A stretch of 59,364 nt of DNA, counting the filler, from Squatina squatina (lineage: Eukaryota), in assembly GCA_031763465.1 (NCBI GenBank). It is 3 parts of 3 records of this genome, joined end to end, with 100 filler letters (N's around TTAATTAATTAA, not from the genome) between each part and the next. Parts side by side here need not be neighbours in the genome. Positions count along the whole stretch, not along the records: positions 19,761 to 45,318 come from JARFOE010000013.1; 2 more parts are not named here. The stretch is one strand, 5' to 3'. A program made the translations under genes and the position numbers. Positions 24,745 to 38,599 of this stretch are shown one piece after another. Within the stretch, counting starts at the first letter, position 1. Every line of letters begins with the position of its first letter. The notes below the pieces were generated by a model. That model had not been told where the DNA came from. It was given only the letters and a program-made list of their open reading frames with translations, and made no database searches.

Positions 24745-24883
24745 GGATACAGCTGGCCAGGAACGATTCCACGCCCTTACAACTCATTATTTCCGTGGGT
24801 CAGATGGTCTTATGCTTATCTATGACATTACAAATTTAAAGACCTTCCGTAATATCACATATTGGATTAAAGACACCGATGAG
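24745..24883 (+). CDS. Divergent Rab GTPase exon, RAB10/RAB8-group-like (139 nt)
   Basis: ttgacag|G GAT ACA..GAT GAG|gtgagt; (W)[46 protein letters not shown]; G3 box and exon size/phase as recalled for RAB10. Confidence 0.85.
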
Positions 24884-26439
24884 GTGAGTTGTTTTTTGTA
24901 TGTTACTACCTCCTTTTTCTTTAACTTTTAATTTTTTTTCTCTGTTGTTCCTATCTTTCTCGGATGCACTGCTTCTATGCAGCTTTTGAGATGTTTGCTC
25001 AAAGGTGCAACAGCAGCCTAAATCCTANNNNNNNNNNNNNNNNNNNNNNNNNNNNNNNNNNNNNNNNNNNNNNNNNNNNNNNNNNNNNNNNNNNNNNNNN
25101 NNNNNNNNNNNNNNNNNNNNNNNNNNNCTGCCTGTTTCCAGCAGTAACAGCAGTCACCTAAATCGAGGTTCACCCAAAAATTGGAACTGGAGGACAACCA
25201 CTGATAAGTTGGTGGTTCTGTTCTCAAATCAATTTTTGTCTTCCATTTTTAGATGTAAATAGGAATGTAAGCAAGGTTAAAATCGCTACCTGAGTCTTGC
25301 TTTACCACTGCCTTTACCATGTTACAAGATAGCACAAGTTGTCATTCAGGTTTACAATATTCATTTCCATTTTCACACTGACTAACTAATTTTGTAAAAT
25401 AATAAATTTTGTCTAATAAAGTTGTTTTAATTAACATACCTTTTGACTTGCATAACAAATGGACAGAAATCTTTGTCATTTTTATTACTGTGTATGCATA
25501 TGAAACAATTTATACAAATGCTGTCCTACAAATGTCTTTGTAAGCTAACATGGTTATCAGCATTCAGTTGAACTGAACAAACTGCTATTTAAAATCCTGA
25601 GGTCAGCATAACTTGCTGCAGCCCATGATATGTAACTTGAGCATTGCTCTTTTCTGTATTTGATTGGCTGTTAACTGTCCTTGGGTCTCATTTGAAAGGC
25701 AGTTAAAGCAAACTGAGGACACACATCATGTTTGCTGAAACAGACAAATGCACATCATATATTGGATGCAACACCTGTTTTGTATTGGTGATGTCAAATT
25801 GCTGTTAAATATGAAATGCAGGTATCTTTCTCCTAATCTTTCAGAGTACATCATTGCAACCAGCATTTTTATCAGAGTCTGGGAACAGTCTGGTCTCTTG
25901 TTCTCTCAGTAACAGAGGCATCAATCCAGGTGGACTAAAGATTAATTCCATAACCTGGAAAAATTATGAATTAAAAAATAATAGAAATTAGAGGAGACAA
26001 TGATTGTTGTATTACTGCACAATCTTATTGGAATCAGGGTTCTTGTTTAGTGTGCATTCTTGTCGCATAGAGTTTAAGATGTTGGGAGTCACCCTTAACA
26101 GAAAGGTTGTGTCCAAAGACTTCAAGGGCGCCCAATTCACGGGTAAACTTTTAGCGCGAAATCAGTGCGGAATGGGCGTACATGCACTTTCGGCGTCCAA
26201 ACGCGGGNNNNNNNNNNNNNNNNNNNNNNNNNNNNNNNNNNNNNNNNNNNNNNNNNNNNNNNNNNNNNNNNNNNNNNNNNNNNNNNNNNNNNNNNNNNNN
26301 NNNNNNNTATTTAAGTATGACTTGCTTTGAATTTTCATGTGTAGACTATATATGCAGGATCAACTGAGTGTCATTAAAATGTATTCCAACTATAAACAAG
26401 CTAGTGATTCTATCTGCTGTCTTTGCTAATGAAAAGTAA

Positions 26440-26643
<204 letters not shown>

Positions 26644-26966
26644 TGAGTTTGGTAATAAATATATCGGGAATATTTCTCTACATGAGAGCAGATCCCGAAT
26701 CTTTGCTATAGACTTACTGCTACGCTATTGTGTGGGCTGCTAGAACCTTGCTCAAAAAGGAAACCATCAATTTCCACAGGAACTGTGGTTTTTGATGACT
26801 TTTACACAGGAACAGGAGTAGGCCATTCAGTCCCTCAAGCCTGTTCTGCTATTTAATTAGATCCTGNNNNNNNNNNNNNNNNNNNNNNNNNNNNNNNNNN
26901 NNNNNNNNNNNNNNNNNNNNNNNNNNNNNNNNNNNNNNNNNNNNNNNNNNNNNNNNNNNNNNNNNN

Positions 26967-27430
26967 TTGTTTTAATTAAATTGGTTAGGGAGCACCAGGG
27001 GTCTCAAATTTAAGCTGTATAAGGCCAGATCTAGGTTAGATGTCAGGAGGTAGTTCTTTTCCCAGAGAATAGTGGAACTCTGGAACAGGCTGCCGTCTTA
27101 TACGGTGGATGCTGATTTGCTGGATTCCTTCAAGTGAAAACTGGACTTTTTGCTGGCTGGGTGACGATCACCTCTTACAGAAGATAAGTACTACAGGCAG
27201 TTCGGGTCCAGAGTGATCTCCTCTAGTTTCAATTGCCGAGATGGGTCAGAGAAGTTTCCCAGATTTTCTTTCCCCATATTGGCCTGGGTTTTTATCTTTT
27301 TTTGCCTCTCCCAGGAAATCACATGGTTTCAAGTGGGCTGGAGTGTTTATATTGTGATACACAAGGTGTCGCAATTGTGGCCTGATGGACCAGTGTCTTT
27401 TTCTGCTCGTCATTGTTCGTATGTTCGTGA
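26967..27430 (+). mobile_element. CR1 LINE 3' end with long 3' UTR
   Basis: RLDVRR-FFSQRIVELWNRLP ORF end; tail ctgatggacc..cattgttcgtatgttcgt. Confidence 0.8.
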
Positions 27431-29931
27431 GTTCTGCAAAACTTCCTGTCTGATGTTCCCTACGCTGATCAAGCGTACCTACCTACTGGTGGTGGTCACC
27501 TTCCCAGAATCCTTGAACTCAGCCACAATCACCCTAGTATATAAAATATCAAGTACCTCAAGAACCCCATATCAGTTCTCAACTGTAATCATATAATATT
27601 GGCCAAAACTATGGCCTGCAGACTAGACTCAATCGTCATGGACTAATTCACCTAGATCAAAACAGGTTCCTGTGAGGATGACTGGTGGTGGATTATACCA
27701 TGCAATTGTACAGAGTTGTGCACCACTACAGCAGCATGAACGCAATCACTCAGGATGTCAAAAAAAACTTTTAGCCAGGTGGTGAAGCTGCCTACTTTCT
27801 GTGCTTGAATGGATAGCTTTTCAAAATATGTTCAAGCAGTAGCTAAAAATCCTTCATTCCAATCTCTCATTCTCAGTGCGAACTAATGGTTGAACCTTCA
27901 TACTTCCTCTCCAACAGGAGACCAGTCTTTATCTGTCCTCTTTGCCCTGACTGTAGAACTTCACCACAGTCAGAATGAATCCCTGCAATTAGGGATTATA
28001 TGCCAGTAGAATTTAAAAGACTACTTTATACAGATGGCCTCTGTTCCTGCAACTTCCAGACCACCAAATAACTCTGGTTACAAATTCAATCACTTCAAAT
28101 AGAAGGAATCTGTGCCCCGAATATCCTAATGCAAGTACAAAGAGGGGTTTTGGGTACATAGTGATGCCCAAATTCCCAAGACTTCACAAAAAAAAGTCCC
28201 CTCCTGTCTTCTGAGCATACCTGCTGACCTGAACAGATAGAGGAGCAACTTGTCCATCTCGCTGCTGGGAAGTGTTAGAGAATGTGCTCCCCCACCTCTT
28301 TCACTGGTTCTAAATGTTGAGGGTGGTTTGAATGTGGAATTGATATAAACCATTGTTGAAGCAGAGTTCATAAATTATTTTGAATAGTTGCTTACACCAG
28401 GAATATTAAAGGATTTGAGGAATGAGCAGGAAAGTGGGATTAGACCTAGGTGGCTAATGTGACAAACACTAGCACAAACCTGATGGTCCAACTGGCCTGT
28501 TTTTATGCTGTAACTGTCTGTTTCCATGAATTATATATAACCCTCAATGTCTGTTCCTACAAGTAGAGTGTAATCTGAAGTATAGCTTGTACTGTGTATC
28601 AGGTCATGACCCGAGAACGTGCAAATTCATTGTACAAAAAAATAAAGAAAATTTTGGGCGGGATGTTGCTGGTTTGTGAGGGTTCCATGTTTGCTTCACA
28701 ATTCTCATAGAACTGGTGAATAAACGGAGGAGAAATTTGCTTTTTTTTTTAAAAAGAAAAATAAATTAGAAGGCAGATGCGCAGTGAGTTCTGTAGTTTT
28801 CTGCCAGTCCTTTGCTTCTGGATAATAAAAGCCAAGGCACTGTGAGCTCTATTTCTTCTGTGGTCCCTGGATTTGAACAGTGAGTGGCTTTGTACCGCTA
28901 TACACTGGGTACTGTGTTTTATGTGCTTACTTCCTGATTTCTTTGTCAATCTCTTGATTGGAATCTAAAGATTAATGTTCTTTCTACGGCAGTGACTTCA
29001 CAGTTGATTCCTTGTGGCTCAAAGGATCAATTCTAATAATAAAAGCAAATAATTCAATGTACTATATATAAAGTAGTGAATACATTTTGTTTCAAAAAGT
29101 AGAACTGCTCCAGGAAAATATTTATTCCTTGCTACCCACCTCCCCCCACTCCTCACTTTGGTTTCCTTTAATTGGGGAGGGCTGGACTTGCTCTTCTGTT
29201 ATATTTGTGTAGTGAACATTGCTAGTGTAGTTTACATAGTCTAGAGTTTTGGAAAATGTGTCCAATTTGTAATAATTTTTCAAACTAGGCCATGTTTTAT
29301 AGAGACGAGATCTATTTTAATTATTTTTCATACATTAAAGACACAATATAAATGTAAGCTGTTGTTGGATGAGAGGGCCTCAAGTTCGATGCCAGAGCAA
29401 TGGAATGCACTTCCAGGCTGCAGTTAACTCAGTCTGAGGGCTTTCAGCCTAGCTCAACTGCCTGTCTATGGTCCTTCCTGCTTGCCTACTTGCCCACTCC
29501 AACTCTTCTCTTTCCCACCCCTGTGCTGCCAGAGCATATCCACCTTCTTGACATTTGTTCTAATCTAGTCCCCCTCCAATTTACATACCCACAATACTCC
29601 CATATCCCATCCCAGTGCATTTTTGTTCTTGCATGTGGCCAATACAGACAACGCCACATTTGTTGCCCTGAGAAGGTGGTGGTGGATTTTCTCCTTGAAC
29701 TGTTGTGTTGGGTAGCAAATTCCAGAATTCTGACCTGACGACAATGAAAAAAGGTGACATAATGTCTAAGTCAGGATGGTGCTTCAGGACTTTGAGGTGA
29801 TGGTATTCCCACAACGTTGCTGCTCTTGTACNNNNNNNNNNNNNNNNNNNNNNNNNNNNNNNNNNNNNNNNNNNNNNNNNNNNNNNNNNNNNNNNNNNNN
29901 NNNNNNNNNNNNNNNNNNNNNNNNNNNNNNN

Positions 29932-30529
29932 TTTCCACTTCATTTAGTTGTGCCAAAGTTTACCTTAGCTGAAGGTCTCCTTAAGGGAGAAATGTGGTAC
30001 GAGAGCATAGTTCAGCATTCGTTCAGCATTTGTCAGGAGCAGTTTGACATTGAAGAATATTCACGAGCAGTTCGGGATGTGAAGACTGACTGGAATGAAG
30101 ATTGTAAAAGCCCAAAGACGACCAGATGTACAGGGCACAGTCATATGCCTAACTCCCTTAGTTATGCTCGTGAAGAACTGACGCAGTCTTTCCATCGGCT
30201 GTCAGTATGTGTTTATGGAAATAATTTGCACGGAAATAGTGAAGTTAATCTGCATGGCTGCAGAGATCCAAGCAGTGAGTGGACTCTCTTTTCTCACGAA
30301 ACCCTCCCATCTCAAGATTCAGGAGACAGTGGGAGTGATTATCTGCTGCCTGATGTGACTGAAGAATCTGCTGGAAGTCAGTCATGGTCAGAACTTCCCT
30401 ACGAAGAGCTCTGGTTAGATCAGGGAACAGGGAAACGGGGTGGACAAGATCTTTCCTCTTTGGGGGAGAGATTGAAATCTGGTAGTCAGAGAGGTTCCAT
30501 CCACTCTAAATGTTCAACTTCTTCAGCCC
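29932..30529 (+). CDS. GAREM1: GAREM1 large central exon, partial (bounded by gaps)
   Basis: FDIEEYSRAVRDVKTDWNEDCKSPK..LSVCVYGNNLHGNSEVNLHGCRD..DSGDSGSDYL..ELPYEELWL. Confidence 0.93.
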
Positions 30530-31297
30530 NNNNNNNNNNNNNNNNNNNNNNNNNNNNNNNNNNNNNNNNNNNNNNNNNNNNNNNNNNNNNNNNNNNNNNN
30601 NNNNNNNNNNNNNNNNNNNNNNNNNNNNNATTTCCTTTCAATAATTGGGCACCCAAAATCCCTGAGCATTCTAACTGTGGCCAATATAGTTGCTTTCATT
30701 CTTGTAAACTACGCCTCTAAAAAAAATGCAAAACGCTATTGACCTTTTATGGTTTTATCTTCCCCCACATGCGCTTTCAAGGAATTATGTATTTGAACCT
30801 CTAGTTCACTGTTCCGTTGCATCTTTCAGTATATTTCCATTGTATACACCCAATCTTTGTTTTCCCTCCCAAAATGCATTACTATACATTTCTCTGCATT
30901 AGATTGCCCTGCCACCAGTTTACTCATTCTGCTAACCTGCCTGTCCTTTGGTCTTTTACAGTCTTTGCCTTTTGCCAGCCCCCTCATTTTGTATTATCAA
31001 GAAATGTTGATATTTTACTCACCATCCCCAAGTCCTAACTATCTAATATACCTCTGTCCCTCTCCATGTTTCCCTCTTCCCCTCCGTTACCGGGCCTTTG
31101 AACTGGTAAAACCATCTAGCATTGCTTTTCAACCCTAATGTTTGCAATTTGCAGTTAGTACATTGATTGAATTGATCACTGTTAATTTGAGATCAGTTGT
31201 CACCTTGGATAACTTCAGTTGAGAGGAAGGGGGTCTACTATAGGAGGATAATACTGGATTTTCAAGTGCCTAAAATGATTTACTTTAATGTTTACAG

Positions 31298-32240
<943 letters not shown>

Positions 32241-32564
32241 TGCTATGACTCAAATGACATGGATGCAGAGTATCTGACCTCAACATCTGTTGTTTTGCAC
32301 TAAATAGCCATAATTTTTGTAATGTATAAAATCAGTGCTGTGGCAATGAATGGTTTGCTTGTAAAGGTACTAAATAACTTTTTTGTATGCTGATGGAATT
32401 GACATCCTACACAGAGAAGTTATCTTGCTTAAAGTATGCCTTGTGCATCACTCAGCTANNNNNNNNNNNNNNNNNNNNNNNNNNNNNNNNNNNNNNNNNN
32501 NNNNNNNNNNNNNNNNNNNNNNNNNNNNNNNNNNNNNNNNNNNNNNNNNNNNNNNNNNCTTTCA

Positions 32565-33128
32565 TTATTAAGAGAAAATCTTTGATCAAAAAACGTGTAT
32601 CTTCCTGGGCCTGATGAGCTTATATCAAGGTATGGGACATTGTCAAACATTATAACTTGTTGGGAACCTTTATCTTTCTTTCTTTCTTCACTTCTTTCTT
32701 CCTTTCCTTCTTTCTTCCGTCCTTCCTTTCTTTCTTTTTTGCTTTCTTTCATTCTACCTTTCTTCCTTTCTCCCGATCCCCAGACTAGCCCCATTTAATA
32801 ATTTCCTTCTCTTCTCTCATCTTTGTTCCAGATGTGAACTCTCGAGCTATCTGCCACTCTCCCACCACTCTCTCCAGATTTCCCGGGGATGGTTTTGGAA
32901 ATGAATTGCAATGCGAAGGGCACCAGTACAACTTCAATATTCTGTTACAGGCAGGACCCGGGGACGGGGCTGCAGTTGATGTTTTACTCCTTATTTGCAA
33001 ATAGCCTCTCTGCAGAGGGGAGGGAGGGCGGTTTTACCACTGAGAGAATGAATATCAACGAGTTCAACCTGAAATCCTCCAGCATGCAGGCGAATCATTC
33101 GGCAGTGTGGTACTGCGCCTGGTGTCTT
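32565..33128 (+). pseudogene. T-cell receptor beta-type V segment pseudogene (leader exon to 32629, V exon 32832-33128)
   Basis: Leader-like TCIFLGLMSLYQ|gtatgg, phase-1 intron, acceptor tttgttccag. V exon DVNSRAICHSPTTLSRFPGD / VLEMNC..IFCYRQDPGTGLQLMFYS..FNLKSSSMQANHSAVWYCAW has a +1 frameshift near 32890, the conserved Trp replaced by Cys, and no upstream in-frame ATG for a full-length leader. Confidence 0.82.
32670..32771. repeat. (TTTC/TTCC)n polypyrimidine tract in the V leader intron
   Basis: Directly visible low-complexity run. Confidence 0.85.
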
Positions 33129-33165
33129 CACAGTGACTCAGACATGGAGGAGCTCGACAAAAACC
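33129..33165 (+). promoter_or_regulatory. V(D)J recombination signal sequence, 23-type with a 21-nt spacer
   Basis: CACAGTG (33129-33135), 21 nt, ACAAAAACC (33157-33165); both motifs are consensus. Confidence 0.92.
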
Positions 33166-33559
33166 CCAAAGGTATCAGGAACCAGCTGTGGATGATCAGG
33201 CAGTGCAGTGTCACATCTTCTTGGGTTTATTTAACAGTGCGAATATGTTTTTGACAAAAAATGGGATAAAATAATAGTCAAGTGATTAGATATAGATGGA
33301 GTGAACAAGATACAATTCAAGATTTACAAGGATGAAATCAGCTGACAGGTTGTAACTATCAGGAAAGAACATTGAGAGATATGCTTGGGTTTTTGTGCGT
33401 TGACACTGTGTGTAATTTCTTCATTGTGACGGTAGAGAGCGCTCTAAGACCACGAATCAAAGATTGGGAGAGGGTTTAATGGGAACAAAACAACAAGAGG
33501 TATTTATTGAACTCCCCGAGACTGTTACACAGGAAACCAAGGGGGCGATTTAGGTGCTC

Positions 33560-34583
33560 TAGCCTGTCCCATGAGTTCCTGGCTGCTGTGTCACCTAACT
33601 GCACAGCCCCGACTTTGCCCCATATCCTTTAATGATTTTGATTAATCAAAATCTATCAATCTCAGAATTAAACTTAACCATTCACCGAGCATCATTGATC
33701 ATTTCCAGACCAGAGATCCAAGCTTCTGCTGGTCTTTGCCTGTCGATATCTTTGACCAGGTCACACCTGAAAGGCCTCGCTCTATGCCCTGGTTCGAGCC
33801 TCTCATATTGCGGAAATAGTTTCTCTCTATCTACCCTATCAGTTCACATCAATATCACCATACATTGATCCAAGTCACCCCTTGGCCATCGAAGTTCCAA
33901 GGGACACAGCCCCAGTTTTTGCAATCTCTCTACTCCACTCAACTTAACCATTGGATTGCAGTTATCATTTTGGTAAATCCTAAACTGTGTTGCCAAAGCT
34001 GAACACGTACTACAGGCGTGGTGTTACCTGGGCTTTGTATAGCTGCAGCATAACTTCTCGCGCCTTGTGTTGAGCTCCTCTATATATTAAGGCCAGAATT
34101 CCATTCACCGTTGGATTAATTTCCACAGCTGTCCATGACATTTTAATGATCTATTTACCAAGACCCCTAAGCTTCTTTGGACCTCCATTGTTTCTAGAGT
34201 TTGACCACATAAAATAATTTGATCTATCCTCTTTAGGCCCAATATGGATCACCTCTCATTTATCTACATTGAGATTCTTTTTCCACAGTGTTTCTCAGTC
34301 AGTTCATCTGTTTCTTTACAGCGCTGTATTTCTACCGCCAATGTTTATAATGCTATCCTTCTCTGTTTCATCGCCCGACTTGCATATATGGCTCTAACTC
34401 CCATCAACTAAGTTGTTGATAAATACAGTAAATAGTTGACGGCCCAATGCAAATCCCCGTGGAACACAACTGGTCAAATCCTGCGACGATCCGCACCCTC
34501 TGTCTCCTCACACTCAGCCAATTTATGAACCGGGTCAAGAATTTGCCTTCAATTCCATGTGCCTCATGTTTAACTAATTGTCT
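33560..34583 (-). mobile_element. Old degenerate CR1 LINE 3' portion
   Basis: Reverse-strand CR1 RT and C-terminal similarity (ccaaagctgaacacgtactacagg; caaatccccgtggaacacaactgg). Confidence 0.6.
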
Positions 34584-34683
34584 NNNNNNNNNNNNNNNNN
34601 NNNNNNNNNNNNNNNNNNNNNNNNNNNNNNNNNNNNNNNNNNNNNNNNNNNNNNNNNNNNNNNNNNNNNNNNNNNNNNNNNNN

Positions 34684-34986
34684 CAGGAATGGTGATGGCT
34701 CTGGCGGTGGCAAGAAGCTGCGGCTGGGTTTCGCCGCTGATTCCGAGCCCGGGGTGGTGGGACTCGGGCTGAGCTCCGGGGCGGACCGTGACGGCGCTTT
34801 GCTTCTGGAAGGACGGAGCAAGGAAGAGAGCAAACCGGGAGCGAAACAAGGTCTCAGCCTCCTGACCAAACCCCTGAGCTACAGACGGCCAAGCAAGAGG
34901 AAAGTAACCTACAGAAAGCTGCAGAACTTTATCTATGATACACTGGAGAGACCCGGAGGATGGGCACTGGTCTATCACGCCTTCGT
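34684..34986 (+). CDS. KCNQ3: KCNQ3 exon 1, 3' part (start lost in gap)
   Basis: GADRDGALLLEG..QGLSLLTKP..YRKLQNFIYDTLERPGGWALVYHAFV|gtaagt, phase 2; GWALxYHA and GADxDGxLLLEG are KCNQ3-like. Confidence 0.88.
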
Positions 34987-37011
34987 GTAAGTACTCGCCG
35001 CAAGCTGCTTTCATATTTGCAGCTTGGCTTTATTTATACGCACAACAGGGCGATTTCACTGTGATTTCTTCCTGTTTTGCTGCATGAGATTACAATGACC
35101 ATATCTCGCTTTGTCTAATCCCCAAAATACCGACACTCACTCGGCATCTTTGTATTCCTCCTGAAGTCAAACACAAACCTTGACAGCCGTTGGTCACCGC
35201 TGTTAATAAATGTTAATTTTAATTTATTTATATCACTCGGTGTATGTGTGTGTATATATCCAAATGATTCTTAATAGCATTAACTGTCAAACCACGATAT
35301 CTTTCGCCACGCTGTTATTCCTTGCACAGTCCTGTATATTTTCAGGTAAAATAATAACAAAAGGGAATGTGTTTTGTTGCTGGGCTCACTGTCGGCTGGT
35401 GCCAGAGAGCCGCACCTAAATCTGATTTAGGAACTTGGCTATTGGTGTGCAATATGGTGCAGGTTTATGTGGCACCATGACGATCAAGGCATTATTATTG
35501 GTCTACCAGCCACAGATTAAGCTGCTGAATTGTGTGCATCTCCCTGAATTGTAGCTGAAACCCTTGTGTGAAACTGTAAGGCGGAGTCCAGTGATAACGG
35601 ATTCTCCTAGATCGTGATGTGCAATCCCTGACTTTACCACAGTTTTGTTTGTACTTCTAAACCTACATCCGCACAAGAAGTCACCCCAGGTGTGGGAGAA
35701 ATTTTATAGGCAAATNNNNNNNNNNATCAGTTAATGTAATCAGCTTTTAAAAAAATCAATTTTCTGCTTTCACTAGAAAGTGATTTCTCTCTACTTTCCA
35801 ATGGGAATGGCGAATGGATGGTGTGTTGAGGTACAGAGATTGTAGCACATGTTGCCTCCTCCATTGTATATGGGCATGCACTTTGCATAAAGCAAAGTTT
35901 ACCCTCCCCTTTCCTCATATCCTTATGGTGGGAGAAACATTCCCTCTCATTCGGGTCCCATGGGAGGACACGTCTTACGCTTATACTCTTTGTTAAACCT
36001 ATTGATACACTTGTGTACAAATACAGTCAAAGGTTTTTCAACATAATATGAGAGATTAATAGATGTCAAGGATTGTTGCAAGGTGACATGACCCACGGAA
36101 ATGAATCTTGACTGTTGTGTGTAGTCCAGAGAGCAAGGTTCCATTACATCATCTGTGAACACTCATGTATATTAAAAATAAAATATAATATACAATATAA
36201 TCTATATTTATTACATGGATGGTAGTGTTATTGCCATTCCTCCATATTTATACAGCTGTCACTTACTAAACTGAAGAATGTTAATTACATTATTACTTAT
36301 GTAAATTCACAAAGAAGTAGTGTAAATATGATGAACCTATGATGATGCAGTACTGGTTTCTGTTCATGAGTGGAAAGGAAATCAAATTCATAAGCTGTTA
36401 TGTTTTTAACCTTCCACCATATAATTCTGTTGTGCACAGCACCAAAGATCACTCCAGTTAGCGCTCACCCTCTATCAACCGGAATGTGACTTTTCATATA
36501 CACAGATGTCTTTGCACAGGGTTGAACAGAAAGCTCTATTACAATATGTAGTATCCTGGAATTGACAAGTTGTTTTGTGTTCTCTTAATCTTCGGATAGC
36601 AGAAGAATAAATACTCCCCTATACTGTGTGATTCAGGCTATAAAGTATGAATCCAGTTTCTTCACAGTTAACGATAGATTGTAGTGGAAAGTCAATATAG
36701 CAGATTTCACTTGATTACAGAATCTTACACTTAAACCACTGTTCTGGCTAAATATCACAGCATTTTTAATTGTCTCATCACATTGTCTAGACATTGACAT
36801 TGTCAAGTTCAATATTACTACTTTCCTGAGTTTCTGTGCACTAATTATATTCCATTCATTTTGCATTATTGCACATTATTTCAGCCAATGTAGCTCACCT
36901 TGCATTTGACANNNNNNNNNNNNNNNNNNNNNNNNNNNNNNNNNNNNNNNNNNNNNNNNNNNNNNNNNNNNNNNNNNNNNNNNNNNNNNNNNNNNNNNNN
37001 NNNNNNNNNNN

Positions 37012-37545
37012 CTTCACTAATCTTTTTCTCTTCACATATCTATAGAAGCTTTTACAGTCAGTTTTTATGTTCCCTGCAAGCTTACACTCATACTCTATTT
37101 CCCCCCGCTTAATCAATCCCTTTGTCCTCCTTTGCTGAATTCTAAACTGCTCCCAATTCTCAGGTTTGCTGCATTTTCTAGACAATTTATATGTCTCCTC
37201 CTTGGATCTAATGCTATCCCTAATTTCCCTTGTTAGTCACGGTTGAGCCACGTTTTCCTGTTTTATTTTTGTGCCAGAAAGGAATGAACAATTGTTGCAC
37301 TTCATCCATGCACTCTTTACATGTTTGCCATTGCCTATCCACCATCAACCCTTTAAATAAGGTTCCCCAATCTATCATAGCCAACTCGCATCTCATACCA
37401 TTGTAATTTCCTTTATTTAGATTCAGGATCCTAGTCTCAGAATCAACTACGTCACTCTCCATCGTAATCAAGAATTCTATCATATTATGGTCACTCTTCC
37501 CCTAGATTGCTAATTAATCCTTTCTCATTACACAATACCCATGTA
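37012..37545 (-). mobile_element. CR1 LINE endonuclease-RT linker fragment
   Basis: DHNMIEF..LNLNKGNY..EYECKLAGNIKTDCKSFYRYVKRKR. Confidence 0.85.
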
Positions 37546-38177
37546 GAAGTCTTTCCTAATTTCCCTCCTGAAAGACTTGGATCTAACATCTTTATTACTG
37601 ACCAAAAAATCTGAGGGTCAGAGATCAATAATATTACTGAATATGAAGTGAACAGAACAGGCATGGTCAGGAGGAGAATATTGATTGTTGTGAATTTGCT
37701 ATTTCTGATTTCCAACTCTGGTTCACTAACCACCAGGAGATTACAATATAAATATTAAACAGATTGTGACAATTAACGTAAAGTCATAGTGCAGGTATAG
37801 AGAAGGCTATATTAATAAGAATTGAGTTCAGTGTGTGTAACTTACAAACTTTGCAGATTAGAAGTCACACCAGAAGGTGTTAATCTGACATCAAATAAAT
37901 GTCTTTGAAGATTGAAGTTCTAAAGGTGACATTGCATCTCGTCGAATAACCATGTGCTTGGCTGATTTGTTATTTATGGCACAGTACTACATCAAAGTAG
38001 GTGAATCAAAATGGTGCCACTAAAGTAGAAATCACAAAATCCATTTACTTTTTACTCTTCAGTGAGTACTGAGCTTTCTCACTGTCAATTCAAAGGACAT
38101 TCTTCTTCAGTGATTTCTCTAGCTGACACAATGAGAAAGGCTGGGGGTTGCTGTGCAATTAGGAATTCTTTCCAATA

Positions 38178-38437
38178 TAAAAACAGAAAATGCTGAAAAT
38201 ATTCAACAAGTCAGGCAGCATCTGTGGAGAGAGAAGCAGAGTTAATGTTTCAGGTCGATTACCCTTCATCAGAACTAGAAAAGGTTAGAAATGTAGCAGG
38301 TTGTTAAGCAAGTGCAGGGGCAGGGAAACAGGGAAGGGGAGAAAAGAACAAAAGGGAAACGCTGTGATAGGGTGGAAGGCAGACGAGGTTAAAGGACATT
38401 AAGAGATGGAGCAAGGCAAAAGGAAATGGTAATGGTC
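38178..38437 (-). mobile_element. Penelope-like element terminal (pseudo-LTR) fragment
   Basis: aaaacagaaaatgctgaaaatattcaacaagtcaggcagcatctgtggagag...; second copy at 57340-57645; carries a hammerhead core. Confidence 0.65.
38240..38276 (-). ncRNA. Minimal type I hammerhead ribozyme motif (stem III decayed)
   Basis: Minus strand AGUU-CUGAUGA-AGGGUAAUCGACCU-GAAA-CAUU-AACU. Confidence 0.6.
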
Positions 38438-38599
38438 NNNNNNNNNNNNNNNNNNNNNNNNNNNNNNNNNNNNNNNNNNNNNNNNNNNNNNNNNNNNNNN
38501 NNNNNNNNNNNNNNNNNNNNNNNNNNNNNNNNNNNNNATGTGGGCCCGCACCACACCCGCTGCTGTGCATTCGACACCAAACCAGAAGTTCTATTCTAA

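Noticed and set aside
29776-30720. 314-aa ORF as one protein
   Set aside because: Fuses CR1 sequence to the GAREM1 exon across N gaps.
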